Source: Heteronotia binoei
Taxonomy: Eukaryota
Assembly: GCF_032191835.1 (NCBI RefSeq)
Contig: NC_083231.1
Location: 64,108,001 to 64,172,000 of the forward strand
Direction of reading: 5' to 3'
Length of the DNA: 64,000 bases
Part shown: in pieces, positions 59,151 to 64,000 of the stretch
How the letters are laid out: the number at the start of each line of letters is the position of its first letter
How positions within the stretch are numbered: position 1 is the first letter of the stretch
Program-made: the position numbers and the translations under genes
Notes under the pieces: model-generated
Databases searched by the model: none
The model's input: the letters and a program-made list of their open reading frames with translations, nothing else
Told to the model about the DNA's origin: nothing

Positions 59151-59363
59151 TATTTATAGCTAGTGCCACTCCACTGCAAAATAGGCTTTACAGTGTTTTT
59201 GCACCCAGACCCAAAATGCCAAAAAAAAGCAGGAGCCCAGCTAGAGGAAATGGGGGAGTGCCAGGCGTGCAAGGGACTCCCCACTTGGTCAGTCTGTCAA
59301 TGGGCTGGTTGGCTGGAGCTAGTAGAATGGCATCTTTGAAAACAACTCAGTTTCATTCCTTTC

Positions 59364-59866
59364 TAGGGCTGCCAATCCCCAGTTGGGGGGCAGGGAATCC
59401 CCCTGTTTGGAGGCCCTCCCCCTGCTTCAGGGTTATCAGAAAGTGGTGGTGGGGAGAGGGAGGGAAATGTCTGCTGGGCATTTTATCCTACGGCGACCAA
59501 AGCAAATAATAAAGTAATGATCTGTGGTTGTCTGGGGCTCTGGACAGCTTTTTTTGAGGTAGAGATACCAAATTTTCAGCACAGCATCTGGTTCCTCTCC
59601 TCAAAGCACCCCCCATGTTTGAAAAAGATTGGACTAGGGGGTCCAATTCTATGAACACCAAAAGAAGGTGCCCCTATCTTTCATTATTTCCAAATAGAGG
59701 GAAGGCATTTAAAAGGTGTGCAGTCCCTTTAAATATGATTGCCAGAATTCCTTTCAAAGTTCGGTTATGCTTGTCACAGACTTGCTCCTTTGTCCATCCC
59801 CAATGTCTCCTGGCTCCACTCCCAAAGTCCCCAGATATTTCTTGAGACAAACCTGGCAACCCCATA
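59364..59866. mobile_element. TAGGGTTGCCA-family MITE (500-bp type, reversed)
   Basis: TIRs TAGGGCTGCCAA / CCTGGCAACCC. TSD TTCCTTTC / ATCCTTTC (7/8). Reverse complement of 1829-2330. Confidence 0.85.
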
Positions 59867-60404
59867 ATCCTTTCTTATATTTCTGGTACTGACAATTCAC
59901 AGACTACACAGAAATTTTCCAGACTTGGTAGCAGAATTTTAGAGGTTTCTGAAGGAATCATGGGGGGGGGGGGGGGAATCACTTTATTTTATGATCATTT
60001 CTTTGAAGCCCCTAGGGGGAAAGTAGTCCCTTCTAATGTAGAAGACTGGTTGTGACCTGTGCCAGTTGCATCCATTCTTGGAAAAGGCTAGTTCTGCCAC
60101 AGTTCTCTTTGCTTTGGTAACATCACCACTACATTTCTCTAATACACTTTACATGCAGCTGCCTTTCAAGGGGGTTTGGAAACTTTAGCTGGTTCAAAAC
60201 ATCATGATAAGAAGACTCCTCACAACGAACATATTTCACCAGTGCTGGATAATTATACAGGCTTTGATTTAGCTTCGAAGGTAAATTCAAAATGCTGATA
60301 AAGCTCTCATCAGTCAGGGACCAGCATGCACACAAGACTACCTCCTCCTATATGAACCTGCCTCTTCATTGAAATAATCTTTTGAGGCCCTGCTCTGGAT
60401 ACCC

Positions 60405-60603
60405 TGGGGTTGCCAGATCTGGACTGGGAAATTCCTGAAGATTTGAGAGTGGAATTGGGTGGGGGAGGGACCTCAGCAGGATATAATGTCATAGAGTCTA
60501 CTTTCCAAAGCTGAATTTTCTCCAGGGCAAAATGATCTGTTGTCTGAAGATTAGTTGTAATCCTGGGAAATCTCCAGGCACCACCTAGAGGTTGGCAACC
60601 CTA
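60405..60603. mobile_element. TAGGGTTGCCA-family MITE (200-bp type)
   Basis: TGGGGTTGCCAG..GGTTGGCAACCCTA. Homologous to 340-555 and 46297-46493. Confidence 0.8.
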
Positions 60604-63600
60604 CCCATAGGAGGCTTGTGAGTCATAACAGGGCTTTCTTAGTTCACTTTGGAATACTATTCCCAAAGAGATGTGTCTGTTACCAACACCATTCTTGTTT
60701 AGGTATCAGGCAAAATGACTTGCCTTCCTTTAAAAAACAAAACAAAACTTCTCTTGCAGCTATTTCATGCTTTTTATCATCACTATATTGTTGTATTGTC
60801 AATTTGTTTAGCGAGTTTTATCTTTTGTATTGTATTGTTTTCATTAAAATGGTTGTAGCTGTGGGTGCTTTGCAAAAATCAGTCTACTTGGAAAAGACAG
60901 ATATACATCTACTAAATGAGGCAAAAAAGGTGTTCTCCACACCAACTTCCACGTGGGGCCTGGAGTTATCCTGGAATTACAACTGATCTCCAAACTACAG
61001 AGATCTGTTCCCTTGGAGAAAATGGCAACTTCATAGGGTGGACTCTATAACATCACACCCCCAGCTGACTTCCCCCAGCTGTCCTCCTTGGGCTCTTCCC
61101 CCAAATCTCCAGGAATTTCCCACTCTGGATTTGGCACCTCTAGCACACAGGGACTGGCTTGTACAGCTTATTTGTTGTTGCTGCAGCTGCCAATATAGAC
61201 TATCCACAAAGGGTTTTCCACATGGGAAAATCTTCCAGATTTTTCCTCCCTCATGGTAACTATTTCCCCACTACCACTGAAGGGTTTTCTTTTTAAACAA
61301 ATCATTAAGTGACATATCACTGTATCATTATAATGTGATGATGCTGTCAGGTTCTCTGAATTCTTAGCTTTCATGTTTACGTCTGTGGTTCGTGTTCTTG
61401 AAGAAATATGCCTTTTCTCTTATATGTCCACAAAAAAAAGGACTAGAAAGAAACCTTCCTTTAAAAAAAGAAAAGAAAGTTGGAAATTCAGAGAACCTGA
61501 TAGGCAGCTGGTTATAAATGCTATAGCAATACAAGAATACGTCAATTGATTTTTAAAACTTTCTAATGGTGGGTGGGGAAATGGCTATCACAGGGAACTG
61601 GGGTAGAGTAAATGGCATTGATGTTGGCAGACAGAAGATCCAGGACACAGAAGATCCAGTCTTTTCTCTCCAAATCAATGCCATCTCCCAGTTTTTCTAT
61701 GATCATTCCCCAAATATTGCAGCAAAATGAGTATGAGAAAGACTGCAGAAAAGATGGGGGGAATCCAGGAAGTTCACAGAAGTAACACAATGCTTTGAGG
61801 AAGCAGTGGGGTGGAGGAATCCCACATCTCAGTAGCATCCAACCTAGGGTAAACAACCTATGGCTATGGCTACATGACCAGAGATATGAATTCAGTGAAG
61901 TCTGCATTTTAACTACTTTGTGACTGTCTGCTCATCTCATGCTACAGATCACCTTTTTGTTGCTTCTTTGTTCCCATTTTTCCAAATGTATCTAAAAAGG
62001 TCCATAAAAGAATTCTCCTTCCTGAGTATGCTAATCCATAAAGTCCTGGTCAGATGGAACAGAAAGCATGGCAAATGGATGGTTAAGATCCCCCCCACAC
62101 ACACACCATTTTACAAGGAGAGTTTAGTCATTTGCAGTGGATTTCTGTTTCCATGGGAATTCATGAGTGAAGGAAGATACATGAGGGTCTTATTCGTAAT
62201 GGTGACCTCCTCCCTGCCCCAACCCTTTCCCCCTCCCCCTGCTGATTTTACTTGGCATCTTGTGCAGCCTCTAATGACTGCAAAGAGAACATTTCCCTCT
62301 ACTTATATTGCAAGGCAACTCCTAAATTGTGTCTGTTCTGGAGAAGGAGAATATTGTGAATTTCTGTGTTCGTCATTTGGATCTTACCTTTTATGGCTGT
62401 GCAGAGTCATTGCTTGAACTCCCTCCTCCGGATTTGCTCAGAACCAGGCAGATCTTTCCAGATCATCAGGATGAACAATTGGCCTTCTCCCCCTCCCCCT
62501 TGTTATCTTACACACATGTACCTCCTCCCACCTCCCTCCCTGTCTCTTTTTAGGTCATTTATAATCAGCAGTCATGGAGCAGTGGCCTCATTAGCGATCT
62601 AGCCATTCCTTCAGTGCTTCAGAAATAATGGGGGGGGGGGGGGGATGCAGCATTTTCTTCCCTTGAGAGCCCATGAGTGATGAATTTATTTCAGTCTGGC
62701 TGTCTTGCTCAGCCTTATTTCCATATTTATTTCAACAAATACAGTACTGTGGGAACAACAAAATATTCTCCGCAGGAGAGCAAGGTTACAGTTTGGCTGC
62801 AAAGGGGTTAATGGAAACAATGGCAGAGAGCAGTTCATTTCAAATTTGATATTTTTGAAAGGGAGCAGGATTTTTAAAAATTATGTAAATATGCCTTGAG
62901 TATTTATGTTTCGTCAGGTTTACAAGCCTGAGATTTGATGATGGATTTATTCATAGGCTAGCACTTAGAGCATAGGGACCATCTCCACAGTCATCTCTGC
63001 CACCATCCTGCAGGGATCATCCTTTTTGTATGGGTGGACAGGCGATTAACTCTCTATGCCTGCTAATGACTTTGGCTTCTCCAGAGCAAGTTCTGCTAAT
63101 TGCAGCCAGACGGGGGGGGGGTGAGGGGGGGGGAGACGGACGTTGAGAGGCCAGCATGCTTATTAAGGGCCTCAGCAAATACAGCCCTGTAGATTCTGCT
63201 CAACATGACATCCAAGAAATGATAGATTGACCTAGTCTTGGTACATAGATATCAACCTTTTTATTTTAGAGCCTGAGATAAAGTGAGGGATGCTAATGTA
63301 CATAGAGGAGGAAAGTCATGTTTTGTAGCATATTAAGAGTGATCTGAACGTGGTCTCCACTATTGGGATGAGGATTAGGCAGCCAATACATCCAGATTAA
63401 CTAATTAGGAACAAATAACAATAGGAATGACCTACCATTGAATTGCACACTGGGTGCCTGATATAAATAGTTACTTGACTCGTTCACTGTATTCTGAACT
63501 CAGCTTGGATCACACAGCCCACGTACTCTATGCACCAGTTTGGCTCTATACACTGGCCTCATTTATCTTAGCAACTTTTCCTTTTGGCTGGGGACTGGGT

Positions 63601-64000
63601 TATCAACTGGAGACATTTGGGGCAAAGTTGTCCTCTTGGCGAGGTCTCTCTGTGGCTACATTCTCAATTCCTAACCCAAACACAAAAGCAGTAAAGAGAA
63701 AATGACACTTGTGGAGTTAATGACCACTGATGTGCTGGACCCACTACTCATCGTTCACCTCTCAAATGGGTCCTCCAGAACAAAAAAACCCAGTTGCTGG
63801 CTTATGCAGGTTGAAGGACAGCATATTTTTGACCAAAGCATCTTGACCTTCAAAGACCCCTCAATGCAAAGCAAACAGGGGAGTGATAAGAGTTTGATGA
63901 ATGGCTCTCACCAGTTATTTAGTATTTGAGATTCTCCACTGAATGGCTCTGTCCTTTTAGTTGTTCCTGCCATCTTCAGGCTTCAACATGTGCCTGAACA

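Noticed and set aside
874-62755. Window-wide enrichment of CSL/RBPJ GTGGGAA motifs
   Set aside because: I counted roughly a dozen by eye against about 8 expected for a 7-mer on both strands of 64 kb, and several are inside TEs. Not convincing.
9-63929. The many 60-150 aa ORFs in the track outside the features listed
   Set aside because: Most use non-ATG starts, have no recognisable domains, and are antisense or alternate frames of TEs or random intronic ORFs at expected frequency.
6659-64000. MAML3 exon 3 or another host gene exon
   Set aside because: No Q-rich or MAML-like peptide and no convincing non-TE ORF seen. The intron appears to continue past the window. Small exons could be missed by eye.

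Overview
This is eukaryotic (vertebrate) genomic DNA, most likely from a gecko-type squamate, judged by Squam3-like SINEs, a 5S-derived SINE, and BovB, L2, CR1 and hAT repeats. It is not prokaryotic, and I see no CRISPR array, rRNA or true tRNA gene. The only host coding sequence I can support is the large second exon of MAML3 (Mastermind-like 3, Notch co-activator) at 5156-6658 (+), 1503 nt, phase 0/0. The rest is the end of intron 1 and the first 57 kb of intron 2, densely filled with transposable elements: a near-intact young L2 LINE, two near-full-length BovB LINEs in inverted orientation, an L1-clade fragment, CR1 fragments, a Ty3/Gypsy gag remnant, SINEs, and many non-autonomous hAT MITEs, several with readable 8-bp TSDs. 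Four observations stand out. (1) A family of short Penelope-like terminal-repeat remnants, several palindromic, three of which keep a recognisable but degenerate minimal hammerhead ribozyme; one is a discrete ~170-bp retrozyme-sized insert. (2) The two BovB copies share five identical premature stops, implying trans-mobilisation of a dead master or gene conversion. (3) Three homologous BovB segments show a reticulate mutation pattern. (4) Inverted hAT copies flank the stop-free, frame-preserving MAML3 exon, which could favour an infinite-ORF circRNA. All family names, comparisons to human MAML3 and alignments were made by eye or from memory, with no database search. Repeat boundaries are approximate unless a TSD is quoted.
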